DNA of 64,000 bases, from NCBI RefSeq assembly GCF_006345805.1, contig NC_043017.1, positions 11,408,001 to 11,472,000 on the forward strand, in the 5' to 3' direction. The DNA is from Octopus sinensis (lineage: Eukaryota). This document shows, piece by piece, positions 52,883 through 64,000 of this stretch. The translations under genes and the position numbers were made by a program. Numbering within the stretch: position 1 is the stretch's first letter; each line of letters opens with the position of its first letter. The notes beneath the pieces are model-generated. The model was not told the DNA's origin. It saw only the letters and a list, made by a program, of their open reading frames with translations, and did no database searches.

Positions 52883-53157
52883 TTTATATTTATCCTACAT
52901 TATATCGGTATAACCATGATGCAACCCTGAAAGACTAACTCACTAGTCAGTATCATTAGACGGTAGCCAGCATAATGAAATAGGAGCTTCATTTGCATAC
53001 CTTTGATGTTACCATAAATGAATTTAAAAGCTATAAATAATATATATATTACCAGAATAAGCACATAAATGCAAAACATGATGGAAAAAAAATAGTACTC
53101 GAATACCGAATGTAGAGTAATATGCTTTTTTTATCAAAGCTGCAAAAACATCACCAA

Positions 53158-53199
53158 AGCTGTTACTCAGAGTTTCATGTATCTGTTTGTCAGACAGCT
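53158..53199 (-). ncRNA. Decayed hammerhead motif
   Basis: Minus strand: AGCTGT / CTGACAA (G8->A) / ACAGATACAT / GAAA / CTCTGAG / TA / ACAGCT. Confidence 0.6.
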
Positions 53200-53659
53200 G
53201 TGATCAAGACTGGTCACAAGTGTCCAATCAGTTGATAATCTGGAGTTGTTTTTCTTTTGAAATATTGATTGTTTGAAAAGCAGACTTGGTTTTCCAGCTG
53301 ACAATCAGAAACCAGTAACTCTGAGAACTGGATATTGGAGTCTTTTAGCTACAATGGATAAGCACTTTAGCATTTAAACTGGCCATGTTCTACTTGTAAT
53401 ATGTTCAAACTGGTCAGATCTAGCCACTCACACCTACCCTACAATGTCATTCTAAAAATATACAATCGCATTTTCAAAATATCAAAGCTACAAGATAATA
53501 CATAATTAAGTCAAAACAATATGAATAAACATTACATTTGACATGGCAACCTGAATGCTAAAGGATTAAGGAATACTCTACATCTATACTGAGTTTTGTA
53601 ATTTACCACATCTGGTGAATCAACCGATATATTTATGTATATATATATACCATTATCAT

Positions 53660-54235
53660 CATCATTTAACGTCCATTGTTCATGCTGGCATAGACTGGAT
53701 GGTTTGACCAGGGCTAGCAAGCTGGGTGCTTTGACGTGCCACTGGCACAGGTGCCATTTGTGTGACACCAGTATCTGCCATGACTGATTTTACTTGGCTT
53801 GATGGGTTTTCTTCTCAAGTCTTTCAATAATGCTATGGTCTCAGTCATTTGTCATTGCCTCCATGAGGCCCAAAACTCAAAAAGAGCTTTTCTATGTGCC
53901 ACCGGCATCAGCCACTTTGCCTCTGTGAGGCCCAAAACTCAAAAGGAGCTTTTCTATGTGCCACCGGCATCAGCCACTTTGCCTCCATGAGGCCCAATGC
54001 TTGAAAGCTGCTTTTTGTGCACCAGTTACATGATACCAGCATCATCCACAACTACAATTTCACTTGGCTTCACAGATCTTCTCAAGCACAGCATATCGCC
54101 AAAGGTCTCGGTCACTAGTCATTGCCTTTGTGCAGCTCAAAGTTCAAAGACCATGTTTCACCACCCGTCCCATGTCTTCCTGGGTCTACCTCTACCACAG
54201 GTTCCCTCCACAGTTAGAGAACAGCACTTTTTTAC
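53660..54235 (-). mobile_element. RTE LINE 3' end, same family as 12262-13412
   Basis: TVEGTCGRGRPRKTW on minus plus shared 3' UTR; internal tandem duplication of about 60 bp at 53857-53995. Confidence 0.75.
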
Positions 54236-55545
54236 ACACACATATACACACATATATAAAATGTGGAAACGGATGGGTTAGTGGTGAGGGTGCTGCATTC
54301 ATGATCATAAGATTGTGGTTTCAATTTCTGAACTGGCTGATGCATTGTGTTCTTGACCAAAATACTCCATTTCACATTGTTCCAGTCCATTCAACTGGGA
54401 AAAGGGAGTTATCCTGTGATGGACAAGCTTCCCATCCAGGTGGACAATACATACACCACAGAATCCAGGAAAGACGTCTTAAGAGATCCGATGGCTTGGC
54501 AAGGATATGATTGCAATGATGTTTTGTCTTGATACCAAGAAACACAAAAGAATGGAGAATTATATACTTTTAGTCCTTTTTTTAATCAGCTGATTAAAAA
54601 TGTATAATCCTCTTTTGTTTTGTGTTTTTCTACTGCACTCAGTGACCTTAAACTAAATTTATTCATCATATGAACATTGGATTTACAAATTGCACAGGGA
54701 GTGGAAGAAAATTTTGGGGATTACATAGATTATATCTATCAGCCCCATCTGTCCGTACGTCCATGTATATTTGGGCATTGTGGTACATTTGAGGGTTGGG
54801 CGTTAGCATTGGCATTATAGTTCTAGTTATGAGGGTTAGTTTTGTTAAGGAGGTCAGCTGGAGCAATGGGTTTATATGTATGGAGTTGACGGTTATGTTG
54901 AATAAATTTACTAGGGTGGGGTAAGCCATTGGTGGGGACACACACAACAATCCCCTCACAAGCTCATTGTGTGTGTGTGTGTGTTTGTATGTTTGTTTTT
55001 TTACCCCCACAACTGATTTAGAATCAATGTTGCTTTGTTTATGTCCCTGCAACTCAACAGTTCAGGAAAAGTAACTGACTGAATAAGTACCAGACTTAAG
55101 GAAAAAAAAAACTAGAGGGGGTGGGGTGTGAGGATGGTGGGAGAGGAGGTGATTTGTTTGACTAGAAACCTTTCAAGGCATTGCCCCAGAATGGTCACAG
55201 TCCAATGACTGAAACAAGGAGAAGATGAAAAATAAAAGTGTAAAAAAGAAATCTAGGTTAAAATAAGTTTAAAACAATTGCAGAGACTCGACCTAAACTC
55301 TCTGAAAAAGCATAAATGTTTTAGAAAAACATCAAAGATTAACAGAAATACGAGAATAAAAATAAAGAAACAGTAGTAGTAGTAGTAGTAATAGTAGTAG
55401 TAGTTGTAGTAGTATCTCCATATCTCAAGAGAGTGATTGCGCATGTAGTTGTTGCTTGGAACATATGATGATGATGGTGGTAGTTATTTCTTTCATTGGA
55501 CATATGAGCTCGAGACATTGGGGACTATAATAGTAGTTGTAGTAG

Positions 55546-55580
<35 letters not shown>

Positions 55581-56600
55581 ATAATAATATCTCCCCAACT
55601 CAAGAGAGTGGTTACCCATGTATTCATTGCTTGGAACTTATACTGACAACAATAACAACAACAACTACAGTGTTAATTATTGAAGAAAACTGAGACAATG
55701 TTCTCTGATTCCGGTCGCTAATAGTTTGGTAAAAATAATAATCTGAACTTGTTAAACTGTGTAAACTAATAGTAAACCATTTACTTATCCCACTGTGTTT
55801 TGTTCGATATCGGTTCATCTAAGAAGGTGGGGCTGCACTTAGAAACATCTCAAGCTTTTTCTATACGGAATGGGTGGGTGCAGGAAATTTGGTAAAAGTC
55901 TAAGGATTTGTTTGTGAATAACTTAAATTCTTTGCACAAACAACTTTCCCTGTTATCGTTTTAGTGTCCACTTTTTCCATGCTTGCGTGGGTCAGATGGA
56001 ATTTGTTGTGGCAGATTTTCTCTACAGCTGGATGCCCTTCCTGTCACCAACCCTTTCCTGTTTCCAGACAAAATAATATTCACCCATGACCAAACATGTT
56101 TCCATGGAAACAGATGACACTGCTTGTATGATGGTGACACTCGGGCTGACCAAAGCCTGGTGAGTGGATTTAGTAGATGGAAACTGAAAGATGCCCATCG
56201 TATATATATATGTGTGTGTGTGTGTGTGTATATATCATCATCATCATCGTTTAGCGTCTGCTTTCCATGCTAACATGGGTTGGACAGTTCAACTGGGGTC
56301 TGGGAAGCCAGAAGGCTGCACCACCCCAGTCTGATCTGGCAATATTTCTACGGCTGGATGCCCTTCCTAATGCCAACTACTCCATGAGTGAAGTGAGTGC
56401 TTTCTACGTGCCACTGGTACAGGTGCCAGACGAGGCTGGCAAACGGCCACGATCGGATGGTGCTTTTTACGTGCCACCGGCACGAGGCCAGTCGGGGCGG
56501 CGCTGGCAACGGCCACGTTCGGGTGGTTCTCTTACGTACCACCGGCACTGGTATCACAGCTGCAATTTCCATTGATGTTGATCGATTTCGATTTTGATTT

Positions 56601-56641
<41 letters not shown>

Positions 56642-56870
56642 GTGTGTGTATGTATGTATGTATGTATGTATTTGTGTGTCTATGTTTGTCCCAACCACCA
56701 CCCACCATCGCTTTTAGCTCCTGTTAAAGTAATCATATCATTTAAACTCACTAGCAGATGCTCTTGCTTCGTTTTTCAATATATTACACACTCACAAATG
56801 TATTAAACAAATTTGCATATACACATATATGTGTATATATAAAGTGGTTGCAAGGGTGGATGAGTGAGAA

Positions 56871-56911
<41 letters not shown>

Positions 56912-56969
56912 TTAGGGGGAGTTAAGGGCCGGGTGGAGTTGTAATTATTTGTATTTTGAGAATAAATTT

Positions 56970-58135
56970 AGTGTCTGGTGTTTTCAGGTGAATATCATAC
57001 AGCTGCATTCATTGAGATGGTCTGTGGATTGCAAAATAGCCATGAACTCAGCTGTGCAGAGATCACACTTGTTATTATATCCGCTGTAAGGTTTGGTGTG
57101 GGTGACTATGGACCACTTGAGAGTGTAAGGGATTGAATCAAGTGTTAGTTTACTGATAAGTTGAGATAACGATGTACGTCTGGCACGTAAAAAGCACTCA
57201 CTACACTCATGGAGTAGTTGGCATTAGGAAAGGCCCCAACTGGCCTCGTGCCAGTGGCACGTAAAAAGCACCATCTGATTGTGGCCGTTTGCCAGCCTCG
57301 TCTGGCACGTAAAAAGCACTCACTACACTCATGGAGTAGTTGGCATTAGGAAAGGCATCCAGCCGTAGAAACATTGCCAGATCAGACTGGGCCTGGTGCA
57401 GCCTTCTGGCTTCCCAGACCCCAGTGGAACCGTTTGGGGTTTGAAGCTAGAGTAGTGATTGCTCACTCTAGCATTGAAAGTGGTGCTACATGGGCCAATG
57501 TAAATATAAATTTACATAGGGTCTTCCAGCAGCTACCCTCTTCACCCAGGGCAGAACTACCTCCTCCAGACACTTGATGTAGGCTTCCATGTTGAGTCTG
57601 AGGCTGTGTGGGAAGATGAATGGAGGCATAACGTCACCATCACTAGTGATCATTCCAAACACCATGATGTTGACTGGATGTTTGATTTTTATCCCTCTTG
57701 GTTGTTAGCTGATATTATGCACTTGTAAACTATGTTTTTAGTGAGACTGGTTATTTATAGGACAGGAGGTTGGGCAGCTGAAGCTGCATAGGTTTGTAGG
57801 GGGTGGTCCAGATGAGCTTGTAAGGGGATTGTTATTTAGTGAGGAATTGGTGTTCAGTTCATTATTATAGTTGGTGCTAAAGTTATCATTTGATAAGGAG
57901 TTCAGGATGGTGTTGTTGGGTTGTATGGTATGATAATTATTGTGTTTGGTGGTATCCTCTGGGATGTTCTCTGTTATGACAGGAGGTAAATTTGGGCATT
58001 GTGGTACATTTAAGGGTCAGGTGTTAGCATTGGCATTATAGTTGTAATTATGAGTGTTAGTGTTGTTAAGGGGGCCAGTTGGTGCATTGGGTTTATATGT
58101 ATGGAGCTGGGGTTATGTTGAATAAATTTACTGGG
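56970..58135 (-). mobile_element. Penelope-like endonuclease remnant split by nested insertions
   Basis: Pieces KNIVYKCII (about 57700-57760), YIGPCSTTFNARVSNHYSSF (57430-57525) and LKWSIV...KCDLCTAE (56970-57180). A related piece lies at about 54750-54935. Confidence 0.65.
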
Positions 58136-58992
58136 TAAGCCACTGGTGGACACACACACACACACGTTTATAGTTCAGGTGTACAAAAACCTGACGGCAG
58201 AGACAAGTGAGGGAGCCACAAATAAGGTGGATTAGTTTGATGCTCAGGAAAAATGGAAGAAGTCTTTGATGTTTTGAGACAAGTTCTTCTACAGAAAGGA
58301 ACGAGAAAAGAAAATGGAAAGAGTAAATATATTTATATATATATATATTATATTTGTGTGTATGTGTGTGTGAAGGCACATGGCTCAGTGGTTATAGTAT
58401 TGAGCTTATGATTGTGAGGTTGTGAGTTCGATTCCTGGACTGGGCTGCATGTTGTGTTCCTGAGCAAGACACTTTATTCCACGTTGCTCCAGTTCACTCA
58501 GCTGTAGAAATGAGTTGCGATGTCACTGGTGCCAAGCTGTATTGGCCCCTTTGCTTTTCCCTTGGATAACATCGGTGGTGTGGAGAGGGGGAGGTTGCTA
58601 TGCATAGGTGACAGCTGGTCTTCCATAAAAACAACCCTAGATTGTGCATTCACCAGTGAGGCGACTTTCTGCCCAGACTTGTACCCCAAAAGGGAAGCTC
58701 TTAGGTGCATCCAGGGTCATTTGTGACCGAGAGAGTTGAGTTTGAGAGTTCTATATATATGTACATTGCTTAAAGTCAGATAAATGAGAAGGGAGTGCTC
58801 AATACATTTTGAAGAGGATATAGTTTCTATTTAAAACTGAAGCTGAGAATTTGTCTTGCAACTCAAGTTTCATATCCTTGCAATTATCAGTGAAGTGAAG
58901 CAAGATGTGAGACAAACTTTCAGCTTTATTTTAAATAAATGCCATATATATATGTATATATATATATATATATATATAAGTTAGATAAGGCT

Positions 58993-59059
58993 GGTTTATG
59001 GGATTACCTTAGATTTCACGACCATAAAGGGCTTAGCTTTATCATCAGATCCCAAAACC
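58993..59059 (-). ncRNA. Hammerhead motif with damaged stem II
   Basis: Minus strand: GGTTTTGGGAT / CTGATGA / TAAAG-loop-CTTTATGGTCGT / GAAA / TCTAAGG / TA / ATCCCATAAACC; stem I 11 bp with one bulge. Confidence 0.7.
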
Positions 59060-59088
59060 TGTTGGCTTAAGGCATCTCTTGCAAGTGG

Positions 59089-59133
<45 letters not shown>

Positions 59134-59160
59134 ATCTATCTATCTATCTATATCTATCTA

Positions 59161-59208
<48 letters not shown>

Positions 59209-59214
59209 GCGGAC

Positions 59215-59977
59215 AGTGGTGGACTGGATCTAAAAATAAAGCAATTCACTCTGCCAGAAATTTGGAAACAACATGCTGAACTGCTTGGTATTTGTGCCAA
59301 AAGCTCCAATACAAACATTACAAAGTGTTTGAGTGTTAATCTGAGGACATGTACCAAGAGTGATAAAAATCAAACATCCAGTCAACATCATGGTGTTTGG
59401 AATGATCACTGATGGTGGTGATGTTATGCCTCCATTCATCTTCCCACACAGCCTCAGACTCAACATGAAGGCCTACATCAAGTGTCTGGAGGAGGTAATT
59501 CTGCCCTGGGTGAAGAGGGTAGCTGCTGGAATACCCTATGTCTGGCAATAGGACTCTGCACCATGCCACACAAGCAGGAGAACCAAGTCGTGGCTGTCAG
59601 ACAATTTCTGCGACCACATAATCCCAAACATCTGGCCACCCAACTCCCCAGACTGCAACCCCCTTGATTATTATGTGTGGGGTGCAGTCAAGTGAGAGAC
59701 CAACAAAACTCCCTTGTAACAGCAAAGATGAGCTGAGGGCAAGGATTATGATACCATTCACTAACTTAAACAAGGAGACCATCCAGAAGAGTTGCAGGAG
59801 ATTCCAAAGTGGTCTGGAGGTCGTGGTTGAAGCCAATGGCGATTTTATTGAATAAATTTACTCTTTAGTATTTCAAGATATTTTTATGTAATTTTGGTAA
59901 ATATATTTGTTAAAATGAGATGTCAGTGTTATTTTCATTTTTGCATAATTTAGACAACAGTTTGTTCACTGCACCCT
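59215..59977 (+). mobile_element. maT-type (DD37D) remnant
   Basis: Same family; 37 residues between the Asp of QDSAP and the Asp of NPLD. A further minus-strand fragment lies at 57525-57692. Confidence 0.8.
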
Positions 59978-60180
59978 GTATGTACTGCATACACACACAT
60001 TTATATGCTTACATATGTATATACATATAAATATATATATATATATATATATGTAGGTCCTGGGTTGAGTCGGGGTTAACCACAGTAAATAAGGTACTCA
60101 ATACATAGCAGAGTAAATTAATTTATTTTATAGAAGGAGCTTCTACAGGACTAGAACTGTTTCATTCAAAAGAAATCAAC

Positions 60181-60237
60181 AGGAGCTTCCTGATGATTTC
60201 TTTTGAATGAAACAGTTCTAGTCCTGTAGAAGCTCCT
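60181..60237 (+). ncRNA. Type I hammerhead ribozyme motif in a palindrome
   Basis: 9-bp stem I AGGAGCTTC/GAAGCTCCT, CTGATGA 60190-96, weak stem II (U.U then TTC/GAA), GAAA, stem III CAG/CTG, GUA triplet. Confidence 0.8.
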
Positions 60238-60245
60238 TCTATAAA

Positions 60246-60286
<41 letters not shown>

Positions 60287-60457
60287 TACATACATACATA
60301 TACACATACATACACAGTATGTATACACCCACACATACCTGATACACATGCTCACATATACACATACACTGAATTTGAAATAGGACAAAATATGGAAATG
60401 TGCTCACGATAGCATAAAAGGAAAGAAGGCAAAAAATTCCTCGAACAATCTACTCAC

Positions 60458-60631
60458 GTTGGCAAGTGGACATTGGCCCGTCCCAGTTACCGTCTTCTTG
60501 GCACACTCGAAACTTCTGACCAATCAACTTGTGTCCAATGTCACAGTGGAAGAATATTTTCGACATGTACGTGTATTTACTTCCTTCGATTCGTCCACCT
60601 GAAATCTCACCTGGAGGACTGCAATGCATTG
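60458..60631 (-). CDS. Gene B exon, CCP3
   Basis: Acceptor ctgtttccag, donor C|gtgagt, 174 nt, phase 1-1. MHCSPPGEISGG...FHCDIGHKLIGQKFRVCQEDGNWDGPMSTCQ. Confidence 0.93.
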
Positions 60632-61379
60632 CTGGAAACAGAAACACAGACTATGCAATTGTGGAAATGGGATGTTGTGATATTCATACTTTTCCAGACA
60701 TGATCACAATCAGTAAAATTTATGTTTTCTCAGTGAATGCAATTGAAACTGCTTCAAATTAAAATCGTTATCTGTGTTTCTTACTAAATATATGTACACC
60801 ATTGAAAGGCATGAAGCTGTAGTATTTGTCTGAGATAAAATCTCTACATAGGTTTGTTTGTTTAAAAACAGAATAACACAGTAACTCACAAGAATGACAG
60901 AGATATTTTGCCTTTGTTAAGGCTTATCAGTGCTATGCATATGATTAGTTGCTTATTTTCAGCTAAATTTGGAAACAGTAATACATTCACTGGTATTGGG
61001 AAAGCTTGCTGGATTAATACAAATGAAACAGTATTATATTAAAATTACTATCTGTATATCATACTAAATGTATTAGCACTCTTTTAAGACATGATACTGT
61101 GGTTATTGTGTGAGATAAAATTTCATCATAAACTTATATTAAAACACTATATATGTCATTGTGATCATATGAACAATAAACGTTTTATCGTACTAGGGTT
61201 TGTGAAAAGGGTTCCAAGTAGGACAAAATGCATCTGCCATTCTTGATTTGTCAACTAAACCCTTCAAGGTGGTGCCCCAACTTGGCCACAGTCAAATGAC
61301 TGGAACAAATAAAAGATAAAGAATTAAAAGATAAAATAAAAAAATAAAAGATTATAGTATTTGAAACTGAAATACTCAC

Positions 61380-61574
61380 GTTCACATTTCATAGTAAGAT
61401 CTTTCCAGCTTGCCGTAGTGCCATCACACCTTGCTATGGTGTTACCAACATGGAAATAACCAGGAATACAACTGTACAAGAGGGCACTGCCATGAGGAAA
61501 TGCTGGTCGGACTAAAGAAGCATTGTGCCGAGCTTCCAGAATGGCAGGAGGTTTGCCACAGAAACTTGGTTTCA
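61380..61574 (-). CDS. Gene B exon, CCP2
   Basis: Acceptor caattgcag, donor C|gtgagt, 195 nt, phase 1-1. FCGKPPAILEARHN...YSCIPGYFHVGNTIARCDGTTASWKDLTMKCE. Confidence 0.92.
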
Positions 61575-61823
61575 CTGCAATTGAAAAAAAAATATTCCTT
61601 AAAAAAATTCAGTAAAGCAAAATTCTTACTCATTTCAAAAATTCATTAACAGCTTATAAAAAATTTATTAAAAATATTTCCAAAAAATTAATTTTAAAAA
61701 ATATGACTCATTTTTGCTGGCTGAGAAGACTGGAACAATGAGGAATAAAGTGTGTTGCTCAAGGACACAGCATGCTTCTAGGAATTGAACTCATGAACTT
61801 ATGATCCCCAGTTGACTACATTA

Positions 61824-62209
61824 GGAGGAAGCACTCCGTCGGTTATGACGACGAGGGTTCCGGTTGATCCGATCAACGGAACAGCCTGCTCGTGAAATTA
61901 ACGTGTAAGTGACTGAGCACTCCACAGACACGTGTACCCTTAACGTAGTTCTCGGGGATATTCAGCGTGACACAGAGAGTGACAAGGCCGGCCCTTTGAA
62001 ATACAGGTACAACAGAAACAGGAAGTAAGAGTGAGAGAAAGTTGTGGTGAAAGAGTACAGCAGGGATCACCACCATCCCTGCCGGAGCCTCATGGAGCTT
62101 TAGGTGTTTTTGCTCAATAAACACTCACAACGCCCGGTCTGGGAATCGAAACCGCGATCCTACGACCGCGAGTCCGCTGCCCTAACCACTGGGCCATTGC
62201 GCCTCCACT
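61824..62209 (-). mobile_element. Young tRNA-derived SINE with 13-bp TSD
   Basis: A box TGGCCCAGTGG, B box GGTTTCGATTCC; GTTGACTACATTA at 61811-61823 and 62210-62222. Related older copies at about 58375-58740 and 62470-62790. Confidence 0.9.
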
Positions 62210-63791
62210 GTTGACTACATTAACCACTAAGCCACAAGCCTCATTTGACAATGGGGATTGAGTTACCTGTTCAACTGGATGGACTGCTTCTGGATTAACA
62301 TGGCTGAGTATTCCAGAGGTATGTGTACCTTCACGTAATTCACAGGTAATATTAATCTGACACAGTGTGTAACAAGACAGTACTTTTTTCAATTACAGGT
62401 AAAACCCACCTGATGGGTCTCTCTACACCTGACATTTACTTCCTTTAACCCTCCTTCAGCATTTAAAGGCATCTGGTTTAACAATTAGGGCTCGTGAGTG
62501 TAAAGTTCTGACTTCCATACTCAGGGGTGCACTGTGTCCTTCAGCAAGACACTTCATTTCACTTTATTGCTCCAGTCAACTCAGCTGGCAAAAATGAGTT
62601 GTACCTGTAATTCAAAGGGCCAGCCTTGTCACATTTTGCGTCACACTGGATCTCCCCAGGAACTACATTAAGGATATGTGTATTTGTGGAATGTCTGGCC
62701 ACTTGGACGTTAATCTCTTGAGCAGGTTATTCCATTGATCGGATCACCTGAACCCTTGATGTAACTGATGGAGAGCCAGTCTAGCATTGAAACCAGCCAT
62801 ATCTGGCCTACATGTTCCATTTGTCTTCTGTTCATACAAGCCATATCTGGCCCCTTACACTTACCCTGAAATGTCATTCTAGAAATAAGCAAACACATCA
62901 CTGAAATCTCAAAGTTATTAGATTATGCATGATTAATCCAAAACAAAATGAGTAAATAAGCAAGATATTTGTTGACAGAATAATTTGAATGCTAAAGGGT
63001 CAAACCCTTTAATCCCTACATAGCACAGGCCATCAATGACTTTTCTCTTCTTGACTTGGGGACTTCCTTTTCTGCCCCTCTCCAATTGGATTCCTGCTTT
63101 TCCTTACAGTTTCTTTTCCAATTTCCCTAAGGGGAGGAGGCTGCCTTCCTCTCCCAGGTCTTGATGGTTTTGAATTGTCATCAATGCTTCTAGAACTTTC
63201 CTTTTTTATCTTGGTTGAGGTAGGTACTGGTGCTACACAAACCTATTTTTACCTCTGAGTGTGTGGCCTCTATCCTTTGACCTGTCCAGCATGGGAGTGT
63301 AGGGGTGAGAGCAGGGGCTACCAGGAGCTGGCACTCTACTAGCATAATCTCAGGGTCACTGAGATATACAAACCACAACACCACAAGGACTGGACAAAAT
63401 TTCACACAGAAGTTGCAGGTTGACCCTTGACCCAAAGCTATAAAAAAATCATACTGCTGCCCCAAATGCAGCATTATGGGTTTGAACCAATGTCCTCATG
63501 GTTGCAAAGCAAACTTCTTAACCATTTGACTATACATGCACCGATACCTAACAATAAAATGGAAGGAAAATCATCAACATCATCATCACCATCATCATAA
63601 TTGTTTTAACCTTTAAAACATTTACGTGCATGTATGGAGTGGACAGAATTTTGCTGAGCCAAATTTTTCCATGACTGGATGCCTTACCTGTCACAAACCT
63701 TCACCTGTTTCCATGCAAGGTAATTCCCCATAACCAGATATATTTTCACAGAAGATTAGATATGAATGTAATCGAAAATAATCATACTTAC

Positions 63792-63980
63792 ATAAACACC
63801 TTGGCGGTTCATTATCCCAGACACCCCTGGCTTGGCAATTCAGAGTTGCAGATCCGATAAGCTTCATGCCATCGGCGCAGGAATAAATCACATGACGAAC
63901 TGGTTCGTCTCGTATTCGCGCTTCTCCGTTCTCAATTTCAGGAGGTGCCCCACACAACTCGTTCAGTTTTTCTCGACTCA
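63792..63980 (-). CDS. Gene B (LEV-9/Hasp-like CCP array) exon, CCP1 in window
   Basis: Acceptor tttttattag, donor T|gtaagt, 189 nt, phase 1-1. LCGAPPEIENG...YSCADGMKLIGSATLNCQARGVWDNEPPRCL. Confidence 0.92.
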
Positions 63981-64000
63981 CTAATAAAAATAAACAAGGA

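Noticed and set aside
61824-62209. tRNA gene
   Set aside because: The tRNA-like head continues into a SINE body with a TSD; no standalone tRNA was seen in the window.
63200-63420. Possible HDV-like ribozyme in an RTE-leader-like fragment
   Set aside because: Could not fold the nested double pseudoknot by hand; would need an RNAMotif/Infernal search.

Overview
AT-rich, microsatellite-dense animal genomic DNA. The SINE, RTE and Penelope repeat families look like those of Octopus (recognised from memory, not searched). Two intron-rich genes for probably secreted sushi/CCP proteins point tail-to-tail. Gene B (minus, 63980->20839) has 9 exons I could splice into one frame, encoding 8 CCP domains and ending in a stop; it resembles LEV-9/Hasp and its 5' part lies beyond the window. 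Gene A (plus, 6944->16088) has 3 exons encoding CCP-CCP-Ig then a stop; it is Hig/Hasp-like and I could not find its 5' end. Introns and intergenic DNA hold tRNA-derived SINEs, RTE and R4/Dong LINE remnants, Penelope (GIY-YIG/RT) remnants, mariner and maT remnants, foldback elements and microsatellites. The least obvious signal is at least 8 type I hammerhead ribozyme motifs. One has an intact core in the sense strand of a gene A intron. Another sits in a 131-nt palindrome whose only mismatch is a catalytic-core base, intact antisense to gene B and mutated in its sense strand. Nearly all long ORFs in the supplied track are microsatellite artefacts. All coordinates and folds were worked out by hand.
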